In this document: in pieces, positions 34,262 through 35,330 of the stretch
How the letters are laid out: the number at the start of each line of letters is the position of its first letter
How positions within the stretch are numbered: position 1 is the stretch's first letter
Origin: a virus
Lineage: Duplodnaviria > Caudoviricetes
Virus record (IMG/VR): IMGVR_UViG_3300046059_000011
Location: 1 to 35,330 of that record
Length of the DNA stretch: 35,330 nucleotides
Strand: one strand, 5' to 3'
Notes under the pieces: model-generated
What the model was told of the DNA's origin: nothing
Databases searched by the model: none
The model's input: the letters and a program-made list of their open reading frames with translations, nothing else
Position numbers and translations under genes: made by a program

Positions 34262-35260
34262 TTACGCCGCGCCAGTCCGTTCCAGCCGTTCGTTCAACAC
34301 CGTGGGGTTAAATTCCTGATCTGCATCGATCACCTTCGGTCTGAACCCGTTCGTTCCCCAGATACGGTTCAGGTGATCTTCCCCGATTTCTTCCTCGCTG
34401 ATCGGTTCGTCCCCTTCAGGTAGTTCTAACAGTGGCCGGATGTCGGATCTGCACCACGGATGATTCGGGGGCAGCAGCCACGGCTGTTCCACCATATCCA
34501 CTGTCACTTCATCCAGCCGCCTGCATACAGTGCTGGTTTTCTTATCGATCACCGCATCATACGTGGCATACCGGAAGCCGTTATTCAGATACCTTCGATG
34601 GGTGGCAGTTACATACGCATCCTGCACGGAATCGTGGCTGATCAGTTCAGCCTTTGATTTCGCCGTTTGCCCGGTAATCCCGTTTTCCCGTCTGGTATCT
34701 GCATCCCCATCCAGCAGCACCTGTTCCACCCGTGTGGCCAGATCCATCTGATCATCCCGATTCGAAAACACGGGTTCGTTCTTACTGAACCCGATCTGGA
34801 TCTGTCGGGTGGCCTGATCCCCGATTTCACTGGCCAGGGAATCATCGTTTTCATACAGCAGTGCAGCATCGATGTTCCGAAGTTCGGCGTTCAAAGCCCG
34901 ATCAGCGTGATCGAGGTTCGGGGATCCGATCAGATCCGATTCATCGAACTGTCCGGGAAGCGTTCGCTGAACCCGGCTGAAGGAAGCCCGTGCAGCCCGT
35001 GCCATCGTGGTTTTATGTCGTTCTTCCAGCCAGTTCACCAGCTTCACCCGCAGTTCACGGGCTGCCAGTCGGGTGATATGTTCGTTAATCCGCCTGGCCT
35101 TCGATCTGGGGCTGGCCGTGTTCTGCTGAAGGATCTTGATCCCTTCCCCCTGAAGGAAATCCTCGATCACCGACTGAAGATCACGCACCACTTGCCTGGA
35201 ACGCTGCCTGGCACGCCGAAGATCCGTTCCGTTACTCGATGCTGGGTCCCTGGCCGACAT
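34262..35260 (-). CDS. MuF/SPP1-gp7-like minor head protein
   Basis: YDAVIDKKTSTVCRRLD...PPNHPWCRS signature. Confidence 0.88.
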   Translation of the reverse strand: MSARDPASSNGTDLRRARQRSRQVVRDLQSVIEDFLQGEGIKILQQNTASPRSKARRINEHITRLAARELRVKLVNWLEERHKTTMARAARASFSRVQRTLPGQFDESDLIGSPNLDHADRALNAELRNIDAALLYENDDSLASEIGDQATRQIQIGFSKNEPVFSNRDDQMDLATRVEQVLLDGDADTRRENGITGQTAKSKAELISHDSVQDAYVTATHRRYLNNGFRYATYDAVIDKKTSTVCRRLDEVTVDMVEQPWLLPPNHPWCRSDIRPLLELPEGDEPISEEEIGEDHLNRIWGTNGFRPKVIDADQEFNPTVLNERLERTGAA

Positions 35261-35266
35261 CGAGGA

Positions 35267-35329
35267 TCACCCGCCCCGCCAGCCTTCCCAGCCACCCAGC
35301 ACCCGATCCTTCATGCTGGCACAGAATCG
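35267..35329 (-). CDS. 3' end of an upstream gene (portal by synteny), partial
   Basis: Open frame RFCASMKDRVLGGWEGWRGG* whose stop overlaps the GGTGA SD of the MuF gene. Confidence 0.35.
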   Translation of the reverse strand, partial: RFCASMKDRVLGGWEGWRGG

Positions 35330-35330
35330 G

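Overview
This window is part of a tailed haloarchaeal virus or provirus, probably a siphovirus. The evidence is an acidic proteome, archaeal PCNA, an Hjc-like resolvase, GGTGA Shine-Dalgarno sites and TATA-like promoters. Almost all genes are on the minus strand. Reading from the right end, the order is MuF/SPP1-gp7-like head protein, HTH regulator, prohead protease/scaffold, head decoration protein, major capsid, head-tail connectors, tail tube, tail assembly chaperones (candidate +1 frameshift), tape measure, baseplate and adhesin genes. A ~950-bp non-coding control region (14077-15030) follows, then ~35 short, translationally coupled accessory genes (PCNA, HNH, Hjc, DUF4326-like, many Cys-rich microproteins, and a PD-(D/E)XK nuclease fused to an MCM-like winged helix). 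No terminase, integrase, polymerase, tRNA or CRISPR array was recognised. The most striking unexplained signal is a candidate trans-acting antisense RNA regulon. A ~155-nt minus-strand structured RNA (14814-14972) has its own TATA-like box and U-rich end. It carries two seeds, a CGCACACG loop and ATCACCGTTCCACCAGG. The second seed is complementary to four conserved leader hairpins (7886, 11195, 12477, 14146) and to the SD region of the only convincing plus-strand gene (25005); the loop seed matches the loops of two of those hairpins. Also seen are an origin-like CTAACA array next to that gene, a palindromic promoter element in five copies and a second shared operator. All product calls come from motif recognition and gene order, not database searches.
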